Assembly: GCA_016748015.1 (NCBI GenBank)
Contig: JAAOMT010000603.1
Location: 215,008 to 279,007, forward strand
From: Geosiphon pyriformis uo1
Lineage: Eukaryota; Fungi; Glomeromycota
DNA length: 64,000 nucleotides
Direction: 5' to 3'
The notes under the pieces were generated by a model. That model was not told where the DNA came from. It did not search any database and worked only from the letters and a program-made list of their open reading frames with translations. Below are positions 36,451 to 50,469 of the stretch, in pieces. Each line of letters opens with the position of its first letter. The first letter of the stretch is position 1. The translations under genes and the position numbers were made by a program.

Positions 36451-39400
36451 CTTATTATGTGTTATTAATATATGCTATTCTTAAAAATAAACAAAACTTT
36501 AATGATATTTTTTTTTATATTTAATTATAATTTTTTTTGCAATTTTAATTTTATTATATTTTGTAATATATAATTATATCTTTATTATTCATTATTTTAA
36601 TTTTTGTTTTTTCTTAATATAATATTAATAATATATTGTTAATTATTTAAATATCTAATTTGTTATACATGTTAAATTTTATTATTAATAAATATTATTG
36701 TTATAACTTTTAAATTAAATATTTATTTTACTATAATTATATATTATTTAATTATTAATATATTTAAAAATTAAATTTTTATTTTACATTAAATTAAATT
36801 AATTATTATTAATTTTACATAAATTTTTTTTAATTAATATTATTAAAAGTTTTTTATTTTTAATTACAGTTAATAATTTTTAATTTACTATTTTTATATT
36901 GTTATTAAAATTTAGTTTAATTTTATTAATATAATATTGTTTATAAAAGATTTTTAAAAAAATATTATTTAAATTTAAATTTGTTTAAAAAATTGTTATT
37001 TGGCTTTAACTATAAAAAAATTTTAAATATAATAATTTAAATCTTAAAAAATTGTTTTTATAATTAATTCAAGATTATTTGCTTAATAATTTTTTACTTT
37101 ATTGCTTTTTAAAATACAAAAACTAACAATTATATTTTTAATCTTATAAATTCAAAAATTAGTATTTTTTTAATTAAAAACAATATTATTTTTTGGGATT
37201 TATTATTTTAAAATAACTAATAAATTAATAATTAATAGCTAAACAATTATAAAATTTATTAGTTTACAATACAAAAAGATAAAAAATTGTTTATAAATAT
37301 AATTTTCAATAAATTATTTATTATTTTAAAAAACTTTGGTTAATTTTAATTTAAATTGGTTAAATTTTGTTTAAATTGCTTAAAATTTATTTAAAATATA
37401 TAAAATTTAGTTTAAATTGTTCTTGTATTCAAAGTTTAAAGTTTTGTATATTTTAATTAGAATATTTTATTATATTTATAAATCAAAAACAATTGTTTTA
37501 TAATAATTTAATATAAAAATTAAAATATTATATTAATAATAATTTTTTAATATTTATAAGACTAGAATTTGTAAAATAATTTATAATACTAAAATTATAT
37601 TGGTAATTTTAATTAAATAGTTTAATTTTATTATTTATTTTTTTTAAATAACTTTTTATTTTAAGATTAATCTTATTAAAAATTGTTAACTTATTAAAAA
37701 AACAAAAAAACAAAACCAAATTTTATTAATTGTAATTAAATAATACAGATTAGACTAATTATAGTTAAAAATAATTATATTAAATTTAATTGAATAACAA
37801 TTACTAATTAATATTATTAAAGACAACAATATTTAAAAAGTTTTAATATATTTTGTTTTTTATAAAAAAAGTTTTTAATAAATAAATTATTTAAAAAAAA
37901 TTAATATTATATAATTAAACACTAAAAATTATGTTATTTTACTTAAATAAATTATTTATAAAAATATTAATAACAAAAATATTCAAAAAATAATACAAAA
38001 AACTACAATAGCAAAATATAAAACAAAATTAAATATTATAATAAATTTTACAATCTTAAAAAAAAACAAAAAATTTAACAAACTTAATTTTAATAATAAT
38101 ATAACTTTATATTAATAAAATTATGTAAAAATTTAATTAAATTTTAAAATAAACAATTTTAATTTTGTAATACATAATATTAAAATAAAAATTATTTATT
38201 TTAAAAAATTTTAATAATTAATATTTATTTTTAAGTATTATTAAAACCAATATTATAACTAGTTTTTATAAATAATATTTTATAATTTATATTGTTATAT
38301 ATTGGTTTTATTTAAAAAATTTTGGTTAATTTAAAAGTTTTTGATTTAAATTATTTGTATAAAAAACAAAAATTTAATAATTTAATAATTTTTCAATATT
38401 TAATATATAATTTATTTATTTTTTTTAACAAATTTATTTTGGTGTTTTTTATTTTTCTAATAAGTTATTTAATTTTAATAAATTAATTTATATTTATAAT
38501 AAGTAATTTTAACAACAATAATAAACAAATAAAAAATAAAAAATTAGTATTTTATTAATAACTATAATAAAAAACCATTAATTTAAAATAATTATATTTA
38601 AATTATATTTTTGATATTTGTTATTTTGTAGTAATTATAAATCAATTATAATAATTAGAATTTATAATATTGTTTTAATAATAATATTTATTAAAATAAT
38701 TTTAAGAAAATTTTTCGATTTTTTTATTAAATAAATTATTTTTTTAAAATTTTTTTAAAATTTTTTATCTTTTATTATTTATATATATATATATATTTTT
38801 AGTAATATAAAATGATTTAATATTTTTAATTGTTTTTTTATTATTTTACTATTATTTTAATATTTTTTAATGCTATATTATTTTTAATACTGGCTAATTC
38901 AATATTATTTTAGCTATTTTTATTGTAAGTAATATTAGAAGTATTTTAAAAAATATTGTTTTTTTGTTGTTTTATTTTTTTGGTTATTTAAACAATAAAA
39001 AAATAATTAATAATAAAAAATAATAGCTTAATTACCAATTTGTGATTAAAATTTTTAAAACTTTTACAGTATTAACAATTATTTTAGACCAGTTATATAA
39101 AAATAGATTATAATTAAATTATATTTATTAATACAAAACAAAATAAAATAAAAAAAATAATTTTTTTTAAAAAAACATTTATTTATTAAAATATAATTAT
39201 TGTTTAATTTATTAAATATTTGTGAAAATTTTAATTAATATAAATATTGTGTTTTTTTTTAAAACTTGTTTTAAAAGTTTTAATAAATATGGTTTAATAA
39301 AAGTAATAAATTTTGTATATTTTTATTTAATTTCAAGTAAAAAAAAAAAAAATTGATTTATATTCAAAAAATTTTACATAATGTAATTTAAAAAATTGTA

Positions 39401-39680
39401 TTTTTATATAATTTAAAATTTTCAAATCTAATACAAAAAATTCATTTTAAAAAAAAAGAAAAAAAATATTATAAAAAATATTTTACAATAATTGTAAAAC
39501 AATAAAAATAAAAATAAAAATAGTTTTAAATATTTTATAAATATTGGTTATTTTAAATTTATGTTTAAAATAAAAAAGAAAATAAAAATATTAATATAAT
39601 AGTATTTAAATTAAAAATAAAAACTATTTGTATAGATTTGGTTATATAAATATATTAACTTAATTTGTATTTATTCAGAT
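36450..39680. repeat. AT-rich desert, probably eroded repeats
   Basis: Near-absence of G/C, no ORFs, bounded by two transposon relics. Confidence 0.6.
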
Positions 39681-39683
39681 ATA

Positions 39684-40889
39684 CAGTTTGATAAGAAAAA
39701 AATTGGAATATATAAAACTAATTATTATGTCTTAACTAATATACCATATTACATAAAACAACTATTATTAGAAAATCAAATAACATATAATTTTATTAAA
39801 AAAAATTAATAGAAAATTCTTTTACTATTAATCCAATTAAAATAAATTCAAAAATATCTTATCACTCTTCTTTCATAAATCTTTCTAATTCACTATAATT
39901 TTAAGACATTTTTTTTTTCTACATTCTTTTTAACAATAGCCCAAAGGTTTTTTTATTGGGTTTAAGTCGGGAATTATTAAATGACCATCTTAACAATTTA
40001 ATTGTATTCTTAACAATAAATTCTTTGGCAAGCTTGCTAATATGCTTGGAGTTGTTATCTTGTTGGAATCCCCAATTATTCCCCAGCATTGCTCTAATTT
40101 CAGGTAAGTGGTTACGAAGAATATTTATATAAAATTAAGCATTCATTATTTGAACAAAACAGAATAAACTAGTTTTTCCTTTTTCATAGAAACCCCCCCT
40201 CCCACATGAGAATTTTTATTCGATCTTTAGACATAGAACAAATTGGTCGAGTACCTTTATGTAAACGTTTTACCATGTTTTGAAAAAGTTGAAAAGATGT
40301 TTTGTCAGTAAAAATTGTTCTTTTCCAATCGTCGTTTAGATGTTTTTTGGCCCATTCTACATGTTTTCGCTTATGCTCTTCAGTCAGCATTGGAATTGGT
40401 CTAGGAAGACTTTTTTTATAATCAAGGTTGGATAAATGATTTTGACTAGTAACATGAAAAACATTTATTCTCTTCTTAGGTCAACTTTATTACTAAATAT
40501 CTAGACAAAACTGAAAAATCTCTATGAAGCATTTCCCGTAATTTTTCTTGGCCGATCATTACCATTCGCATGCTTTATTGTTCTTTTTTTTTTGAGTTTT
40601 TCGAGGATAATATAAATTGTAGAAAGAGGTATATTCATTTTATTCTGTATTTCTTTTGCCTTTCGTATTCCTTGCTTCCAAAAATGTAATACGACTTGCC
40701 ATTGCATTTCTTGCTTTGAAGTTGGCATTTCAAAGACAAGTTTTAAAAAAAACTATTAGTTAATACACAAGAAAATGTTTTTAGAGCTCAACCACTTACC
40801 TAATATTCTGTTTCCATTTTTACAAAACTTACTAAAAATGGTTAAATCAAATACAATCTTAGTAGATTCATATTTTTCTTATCAGGCTG
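39684..40889 (-). mobile_element. Tc1/mariner DNA transposon, about 1.2 kb, with TIRs and TA target duplication; transposase disrupted
   Basis: Left end TA|CAGTTTGATAAGAAAAA and right end TTTTTCTTATCAGGCTG|TA. Transposase fragments 40728 to about 39850 include an HTH region (IPLSTIY, RPRKIT), WKRTIFTD, FQQDN and NLWAIVK. Confidence 0.88.
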
Positions 40890-41181
40890 TAGATTTTGAC
40901 AATTTAAATATAAAAATTGGTCAAAAATTAGAATACAAATAATTAATCAATTAATTACAATAATTTTAAAAAATTCTATAATAAAAAACATTTGCAAAAT
41001 AACAAAATTAAATTATATTCATAAATTGAAAATTGAGATAAATTAATAAAAATTATATTCATTGATCAGTGACTTTTTTTATCTTAATCTTTGCATTGAA
41101 TTTAAATTAAATGACTAAATAATTTAATTCATCTATTCTAAAAAGTATAAAAAAACTAAAATTTAATAAAAATAATAATAT

Positions 41182-44100
41182 TTATTTGGAATTTAATTCA
41201 TTCATCTCCTGGGGTTTAACCGGTGACCATTTTTTTTGAACACGTAACCAAATAAAGACACCATAAATTCGACAAATTAAATTCATGCTCAAAATTATTG
41301 AACTCATAGTAAGACTTATTAGTGGAATAATATTGTATGCGAAGGTGTTTCGATGATAAAAAACCTATTTGAAAATAATTATGTAAGATATTTAATTTAA
41401 TCAAGCATTGAAAATTTTCATTTAGTTAAAAATACCTGAATTATAAATTGTGGAACATCTTCAATGAAAATATTAATACCACTACCCCAGAAGATTAAAT
41501 TATCAACTCTGTTAGATATTGGGGCATTAAAAATATCAAAGTTGGCATATTTCGAATAGAGGAGATTTAGAGCATCAATATCGGCAGAGGAGAGCAGAGT
41601 AAATAACGCAGCGGGTTTTGCATGTTTCCGTAACCACAAAACATATTCATCATTTATGGTAATCTCCGTAATTACGATGTACGCTGCTAGTCCACTATTA
41701 AAAAGAAAAGGTAGGACTAGAAAAAGAATGCTGATTGATAAAAGAATTAATAAAGATTTTTGTAGATTTTAAGGAATTTACTAAAGATTTGAAAAATTTG
41801 AGGATTACCTTGGTAAATATAAATCTCTCACATCTTTTCCATTATTTATAACAAATATAATATCGACTACAACATCGATTAGAATCAATGTAATAGAAAC
41901 AAAGATAAAATTTTTACCCTAAAATTATAAAAGTTTTTAGATATTTATTTAATTTTAAATTTCAAACCAGCAATAATTCTAATATACTGTAATTATAAAA
42001 AAGTTAAATACCTCGGGATTTTTCTTTCTTCCTATAAAATATAGGGCCATTAATGTTACTGCAATAATAGCAATTGCAATTAACTTTAATTTATTTTCTT
42101 CCCAAAGATTAGCTAAAGAAATAGTGTAAGTACAGATATATTAGATATGTAATTTAATAGAAATCAAGTATTGAAGATTAAATTATGATCACTCACGTTT
42201 AACTTGGAACCCGTAAGTCTCATCTAAAAAACCTGTATGTGAATAAACGCTAATGGGAGTGAGCCATTTGTTTTTAACCATTATATCGAGATCATTTGCA
42301 ATTTCCATAGGATTTCTTTCCAATTTATCTTTTACTGAGGAAATTTTGAGTTGTAATATTTTGTGGCCTGCTGATACTGATTTATCAGTCTTATGATTAA
42401 TGATTTCGATACGATGTCTTTCAACTGGAATGGTTAAAGCCAATTGATCTTCAAGTGTCTCGAAAAATCCACTGCTGTTTCTACTTTCGGTGAAATTCGA
42501 GGTTCCGTTTGTATTCAGACGCAAAAGTCCAGTCAGGGTAGCTTAAATTAATAAACATTATGTATTTTAGTTAGACAACGATATTCAATATTTTTAAAAG
42601 AAAATAAGCAATAAACCTTCTTACCTGCATGTTTGCTTTTTTCTCGTCCATCTAAACAAACGAGCGAACGAACGAATTAATGAATGAATGAATGAATGAA
42701 TGAATGAATGAAAATTTAAAATGAATCTCCTAGAAAGCAAAAAAATAAAATGTACATTTACCTGTTTTAAATTGCCAAATATTTCTACTGATTCCTTTAA
42801 TGGCTTCCTTATATTTTGCATCTTTTACAAAATTATTATCGACGACTATAAAATAATCTTTATCCGGTTGATTAAATGTACTTTCTAATACTGTTTCTGC
42901 TATGATAGTTTTCTTATCCGAATCCACACGACAATTCTTTCCAGAGATACTCTGTCGTAGAATTGGTATAGTCTCATTGATTTGATAAATAGAAATATTG
43001 TTGTTATTGTTGTTGGATAATGAGATTTCATTAGAATAAGTGATATTTATTTCGCGCCACCCCAATGGAATTATCGTATTAAGACGAGGGTAAGTAATTT
43101 CGATCAAAGGATTTTCATATCCAGTGTCTATTCAAATAAAAAAATTAATAAAAATTATGAAACTCTATAAAAATATCACCATTCAATCTTACCGTTTTTT
43201 AAAAAATGTGGTAAATTCTTGGAATATATTGTAATATTGTTCTTTCCTAATGTAGCAGTTAAGAAAGTATTGTTTGGTAAGATACCCCAGGCATTAAAAG
43301 CGGAACCATCGGAGGAAGTGTTCCATGAATCCTTCTGTTTTCCAAATTGGTCACTTAAAGTAAATTGGTAAGGATCAGACAATTTCTGGGTTTGAGTAAT
43401 TTTTCCCCCATAAGGCAGTGGATTTTCCCATGAAAATCGCCCATCTGGCCCAGATTTATAAATCGTGTCATATTTTAACACTGCTCCACTTTTAAGAAAT
43501 GATATTGTAAATCCACGGATTTCTCCATGTACAGATTCCATTGTAGTTATCATCAGTAAACAAAAATAACCCAAATCATCTATTTGAGCAGCACATCCGA
43601 TCGACAAATCAATTGCGTCATATTGATCGAGTAGAAAATGAGGACTAAAATCAGTTGTTTCTGGCTCCCAAAATGTGACGTATACTGAATATCTTGTTAT
43701 GTTTATACTGGGAGAATCAGAAATGGGAGAATTATTAACAAATATATGCATATCCAAAGCCTCCTTCAGTTGTGGCAAAAAAGGAATTAGATGTCAAATT
43801 TCCTTCCAATTTAAGTATTGTAGAATTAAAAATTGGATTGACATTTTGATTGGATTCAGTCCTAGATATAAATTAAATATGGAAAAATTATTAGGATTTA
43901 TATATTGAATATTTTCAAATTTTATATTTATTAACTTACGGAATATTATAAATAGTCCACCCTATTTCTGTTATATTATCATTTTGTTTCCAAATAAGAA
44001 ATTTGTCATTTTGGATATCATTAATTATACACTTGTACCCTGTACCTAATTCTATATCACTAGGTAAAGCGTTATGCATTATCAATATTATTTTTTATTT

Positions 44101-44531
44101 TTAAAATTAAGCAGATTTTATTTCAAAGAGTTATTTAATAGAAACCTTTGAACTAATGTTCCGTTCCATAAGAATATTTTGCCTTGATTTCCATATTCTA
44201 CCAAAAGATAATTAGAGTTAAGAGGATAAATGTCAGTTATATTACTCTTGCCTCCATAATCTTTTTCTTCGTTTCGAGACAATTGGCCGTTAGGTGTAAG
44301 TTTAAAGTATGCGTAATAATTGGTAACAATATTATTAGTACACTCTAAAATAATTGTTCCATCTTGCTGAAAATAAATTATTTCCCTAATGTAATTACAT
44401 CTCTTTGTATCAATTGGGTATACTGTTTCATTAATTGATGAACTCTTAATAACTAAAATAAAAAAAGATAAAAATATTGAAATAATCAAGAGGTAATGAT
44501 TAAAATAAACGATGAATAAAAACTGCTTCAT
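41182..44531 (-). CDS. Predicted membrane protein: signal peptide, large ectodomain with Ig-like module, C-terminal multi-TM region
   Basis: Hydrophobic N-terminus. Ig-like segment (INITYSNEISLS..STFNQPDKDYFIVVDNNFVKD..GI..NIWQF). TM block (AALFTLLSSADIDAL, IFIEDVPQFIIQ, NIIPLISLTMSSIIL). About 10 GT-AG exons. Confidence 0.75.
42677..42712 (+). repeat. (GAAT)n microsatellite in an intron
   Basis: Direct reading, about 8 units. Confidence 0.9.
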
Positions 44532-45599
44532 TTTTTGAAAAAAGTTATTTTTCTTTGCAGAATAAATTTTTTGAATAGATTAGTTTTTTAGTTTTATCCT
44601 TAATTTTATTCTTAAATACTCTATCATCGGGAAAACTTAAAATCAAATATAGTTAAGATTACATTTATATCATGCTAACTATTTTTTAAAAGAAAAAATT
44701 ACTTGAAGGATTGCTATTAAATCTAAAAATATTAATTCTTTGATATTGCCTTTTGAAGTTATCAAGACCCGGATTAAATTTTATGAAAATTAGCCTAAAT
44801 CAAGTAGATTGAATCAACCACCCAGCTAAAATTTGTAAATATAGCTATGTATATAAACATTTAAAGCTTAGATTTACTCCACGCTCAATTTATTGAAAGG
44901 ATTAAAATATTCCCAAAAAATTCGAACAATCAGCCATTATTATTATAACTTATCGTTTAGGGCTTAGTTAACTATTGGTTTATGAACCATAGAAAAAGCA
45001 CCAATACACCACACTCTTTTAAACACATTGAAATAAGTCGATTCATAAAAAACATAACTATTACGTATTGATATCATTAAATGAACTATAAATAAACACA
45101 AATTGTTTTTTTTTCTATGATAATGAATGAAAAAGTTACCACATATAAAGCCTTTTTCATTTTTTATCCCATGTGATAAATTTCATTTTCACTATTTTTA
45201 AAGCGGGAATCAAATTTACAGCTTTGTATATAATTTAAAATAGAAATGAACCTATCAGTTAAAGAAAATAGCTAATCTATATATCTTAACTATAGAATAA
45301 AATGTTAAAAAAAGGTGTTGATGGTTGTCGCAAGAAAACTACGGAACATGTATTGAGAAAAGTTAGGTTAAAATGTTTATAAAATTTTCTTTGTTTGCAA
45401 AAGAAAAACGGCCAGTTTATTCAAAAAACAATTGGTTTAATTAATAAAGTTAGTTAGATTGTGAAAAATATTTAATTTGATCGATTGGCTATAGCTTGAA
45501 AATTTTTATTAGGTAATAACTTGGTTGGCTATTATACGATTAAATGGTTTACATTTGCTGGTAACTTGTGGTTTGAATTTGCATGTTATAAAAAAATAT

Positions 45600-46552
45600 T
45601 TTAATTAAAATTGTGTTTTTTTCTAGTCTTGACAAAAAGATTTAATTCAAAGATAAAAAGTAAATTTATAATAAAGATTATCCAAAAAATCAGGTGTTAA
45701 TATAAGTTTAATTACAAATCTATAAAATGTATTATTAGTGTATATTGTTTAAAAGGATAAAAGCAACAGATTTTATTAATATAAAAATTTAATACACACA
45801 AACTTTTTTAATAATTAATTCATATTGAATTTATAAATAAAAGTTTTATTATTTAGTTTTTATAAACTAAATGTAAATCATTTAAATTTTACTTTTATAA
45901 GACATATATATCTATTACAATAAACTTAACTTATGTATTTTTTATATGTGACCAACCACTTAAACCAGTTAAACTAATTAAATTTTTATAAATATCAAGT
46001 TTAATTTTTATAAAAAATTACTTAAATTTATTAATTATATTTAAAACAATCTGTGTCAAATGTTTTTATTTATCTTTTTTATAATTAGTCTTAAATATAA
46101 TATATATAATTATTAATTTATATTTTATATTTTAAAAATTTATAATTAATTCAAAATTTAATCAAGTGTTTTCTTTTAAGTTAATAAAATTTATAATTTT
46201 AATAATAATATCTTTAATTATTTTATAAATTTAAAATTTATTTTTTAAAAACAATATATAATAATTATTTATTTTAAGTCTAATAATTTAAAATAAAATT
46301 AATATATCTAAAATTAATAAAAAAAAAATTTTTTTTGTTTTAATTAAAAAAATTGTTTTAATAAATTGTAAAATATTAAAATTTATATTAAAAAAAATAA
46401 GTTTATATGTTTTAATAGTAATTTTTTTTTTAAAATAAATAAAAATTTTAATTTAAATTATTAAAATTTTTTTATTGTTATATATTTTTAAAGTTTTGTA
46501 TAATTTAATTATAATATTTATTATACTTGTAAATTAATATAATAACTAAAAC

Positions 46553-46590
<38 letters not shown>

Positions 46591-46796
46591 TTGTAAAATA
46601 ATAAAAAATACTAAATTAATAAAAATATGTAATTTTTTTTTATTTTCAATCAGTAATTATTATTAAATATGTAATTCATATTTAATAAAGCAAAATAAAT
46701 AAATAGTAAATTAATTAAAAATAACTTTTTATTAAAAGTGTAATTTTAAATTATATAATTATTATTTGTTATATTTAAAATTTTATAAAAAAAAAA

Positions 46797-46841
<45 letters not shown>

Positions 46842-47050
46842 TTAAAATTCAAATATTAAGAATAAAATTTTTAAACAAATATTTAAACTTAAAAACTTTA
46901 TTATTTAAAAAAAAAAAACCAAATTGAATATTATAATTATTTTAAGCATATTTAAATTAAAAATGTCTTCTTAAATAATTTTGTAATTATAATAAATAAT
47001 TATTACATAATTTTTAATTAATTAATTATATTTATGTAAAATTGTAATTA
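45600..47050. repeat. AT-rich desert with (AAT)n at 46554-46590 and (ATT)n at 46797-46840
   Basis: Direct reading. Confidence 0.7.
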
Positions 47051-47214
47051 ACAGCAAAAAGATCAAAAAATATTACGTCACGCGTTACAAAATTTATCAA
47101 ACACAACATATCCAGTAAAACCAGTAAAGTTAAAGATTTCGTGAGACAAATTAAACTCTAGAAATTAATGAAAGGCACTTTCCTTTTGCTAGACTTTTTG
47201 AATCATTCTGAAAA

Positions 47215-49105
47215 ATGTCTTCTTCAATTCCCATCCTCACTAATAATGCCATTAATGAAAAAAAAACAAAAAACCATTCCACTCTTACTGACACTCAACT
47301 AAACTTACAAAAACTAAAACAGCTCTCCGACTCGATAACAGCACAAGTATTCAGTTGTAAAATAATGAGTCAAAATGCGAAAAAATACAAATCAGATTGT
47401 GTAGCATTTGCTAATAGATTAGAAAGTATTGCAGAAAAAGCTCAAGAATTCATTAGGAAAGTTTTAGGTGAGGTGAAGGGGGAGATGATAGAAGCTATAG
47501 AAGTTGCTGACTTGAAGTATGATTTACCAGGTGCTCTTGATGCTGTTCAGAAAGTTCAAGGTATTTTTACGGTGGATTCCATAAATACAATTTATTATTT
47601 TTTTTTAACAATATTTATTCAATTAAGGTTTAATTATGGACATCCGAATATTTATTCAACAACAACAAATTCCACTCCTACCATCTAACAATCGTCCAAA
47701 TCTAGCCGAGGATTTTCGGATACAGCGTCAAATAGTTGATTATAATCGTCGTTTAGACAATTCTGTTGGCACTTTATCTGTCGCATTTACAGGGAGAAAA
47801 TTCCAACGATCTTTATCAATAGAAGAACAAGAAAAATTATTAAAAGGCTTAAAAGCAGATGTTGAAAAAGAATTAATCGCTTTAGAAAAAATTCAACAAC
47901 AAAAAGAGGAGAGTAATGAGTTTTCAGGAAATGGTACTCTGAGTAGATGGTTAGAATTGGCGATTGAACAAAAACATTTAAGGTTTATCGACTATGATAA
48001 TATTGTAGTTGATCAATTCCTTAAACGTGGAGGGTATGTAAAAATTCATAATGATTTTTTATAACTAAATCATGATAAAAATGATTTACTAAATATAACT
48101 TCAAATATAAATTCCAATAGATTCGGAATAGTATATAAAGCATATTGGGATGATACTCCAGTAGTTTTAAAACAATTATTCGATCAAACTGATTTCATAG
48201 ACGAAATTCGTCTACACAAACTTGTTCATGATGGTGACTATATCGTAAAATTTCACGGGATTACAAAAGATAATGATGGTAATTTAGGGATGATTATGAA
48301 ATACGCGGAACATGGTAATCTAAGAGATTATTTAAAGACTCACGGATCGAAGTTATCATGGCATCAGAAAATTATGTTGGCCAAACAAATTACTACCGGA
48401 TTATCGTTTATTCATCGTGAAAAGATTATGCATCAGGTTGTTTTTTAATTCTTTGGGATGATATTTTAAGATTTTGAAAAAGAAAAACAAAGAATTTAAT
48501 TAACATATTTTTATATTTTTCCTATTCTTAAAGGATTTTCATAGTGTAAGAAAATTCTATTTCTTTATTGAATTTATTTATTTATTTTTCGATTTTTGAA
48601 TCAAAAACCTCTGATGCTTTTTTTTTTTGTTCAAAGGGAAATATTCTTATTGATGAAAACGGTGGTCCAATGATTACAGATTTTGGATTATCCCGAATAG
48701 AAGAGCAAGCCAAAATGCTTGAAACTTCTTCAATCTCTTCATCAACACCAAAATTGTTCGGACTAGTAGCATATACAGCACCTGAGCGTCTCAAAAATCC
48801 AAATCACCCTTTCAATGATCGATGTGATATTTATTCATTAGGTGTAATTTTCTGGGAAATTGTTACTAGTCGAAGACCATTCAATGGACAAAACGATTTT
48901 TCACTTGCTTTTAATATTTTAAAGGGATTTAGAGAAACCTTTCCTGATTCTGGACCAAAAAAATTTTTCGAATTTGGAATGAAGTGTTGGGCCCAGGTAC
49001 CTGAACAACGACCAACTTTAAAAGAGATTAAAAATGTATTGAATGAAGTTTTAGAGGAATTAGTTGAGAACCCCATTCAAAATTCTTTGAGAGATCCCAG
49101 GGTTA

Positions 49106-49163
<58 letters not shown>

Positions 49164-49520
49164 GGGTGTACTATTAAGCTCATCCGATTACAATACCGCA
49201 GGCCCAGAAGTTTCACTCGACGAATTAACCAGATTAACTACTAATGTAAAAGCAGAAGTTACTAATCAAACTTCATCTATCGATGAAGAAATGTTTTCTT
49301 CTCTTGAATATACCAGTGCCTCATCATTTAATACATCTTTGTTAGAGTATACAACCGCATCGTTAAATCAATTGATCGAGGAGGATGAAGCCTTTGGTAA
49401 GTTCTTTTTTAAATTTCGATAACAGTACTCTTTGAAATTGGGTTAAGTTTTAAAACTAAAAAAATTTCTTTTTTCTTAATTTTGTAAATTATTGAAATTT
49501 AATATATAGTGCGATCCTAA
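47215..49520 (+). CDS. TKL-group protein kinase with N-terminal helical-bundle (MLKL-like) domain and poly-Asp tail
   Basis: KRGG|FGIVY, VVLK, IMHQ|DFHS|GNILI, DFGLS, YTAPE, DIYSLG and CW...RPT. N-terminal helices include NAKKYKSDCVAFANRLESIAE. (GAT)18 at 49108-49161. Last exon VRS* at 49510-49520. Confidence 0.85.
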
Positions 49521-50469
49521 CCTTTAGAAATAGAGCATGCTACAATAAAATTAAACAAATTTTTATTTTTATATTTTATTAATATTGTATAGTCATCATA
49601 TAAAAGAAGTAGCGTGACACAAATTCAAAGTACACTTTTAATAAACCTAAGTTGATATAACTTGTTAAACATTTTCTTTTACAATTTGATAAATAAATTG
49701 TAAATTTTTGTTACCAAATAATTGATTTAAAATTTTTCTTACTGAAACAACAAAACTTCAAAATTCAGCATCTATTTAAAGAAGTATATGTTTTGCAAAT
49801 TAAATTTTATATAATGTGAATTATAATGTCATCTTTGTAGTTACCCAAACTTTTAATCCAACAACTTTGGAAGTACCAGATTTAAAAGCCAAAATAACAA
49901 GTTGGTATGTTCATATGACGTTAAATATTCACTTTGTCTGGTTTTTGTTGCAGCGCGCCCCCTTATATGAATAATTATTTTTCAAATTGTCACACAATGC
50001 CATCATCATATACAATTTTTTATCCCCCAAATTAGAAATACCCAATTTTGTAGCTACGAATTTTTTGTACAACCACGCGAAATCTATGGTCTATTCACCC
50101 CCTGGCAGTGAAGGAGTTTGTGTTTTAAAAATTATTAAAAGTCAGAGCTACCTTTGTAAATTATAAGGAGCCTTTAAAGGTCTCGCGAGCAGGAGTATCA
50201 CCGAGACTAGTAACATTGATATTTGTACTTTTGTAGGTTTGTACTCAACAGAAATAATAGAAATGATAAAAAGTGATATGTTCAATTCTAAATTTTTATT
50301 CCGTTGTCTTTGGTCCAGAGAAAGAAGTTATTAATAAAGAGAAGGAATTTCCCTTTTCTACTTTTTCAAGTCAGTGTTTGAACTTGTTAAAAATTGAAAT
50401 CCGTACTTTGTCAATCTTTCAAAGACTTTTGAAAGTCCAACTTTAAAATAATAAAAAATCTTAAACTTG

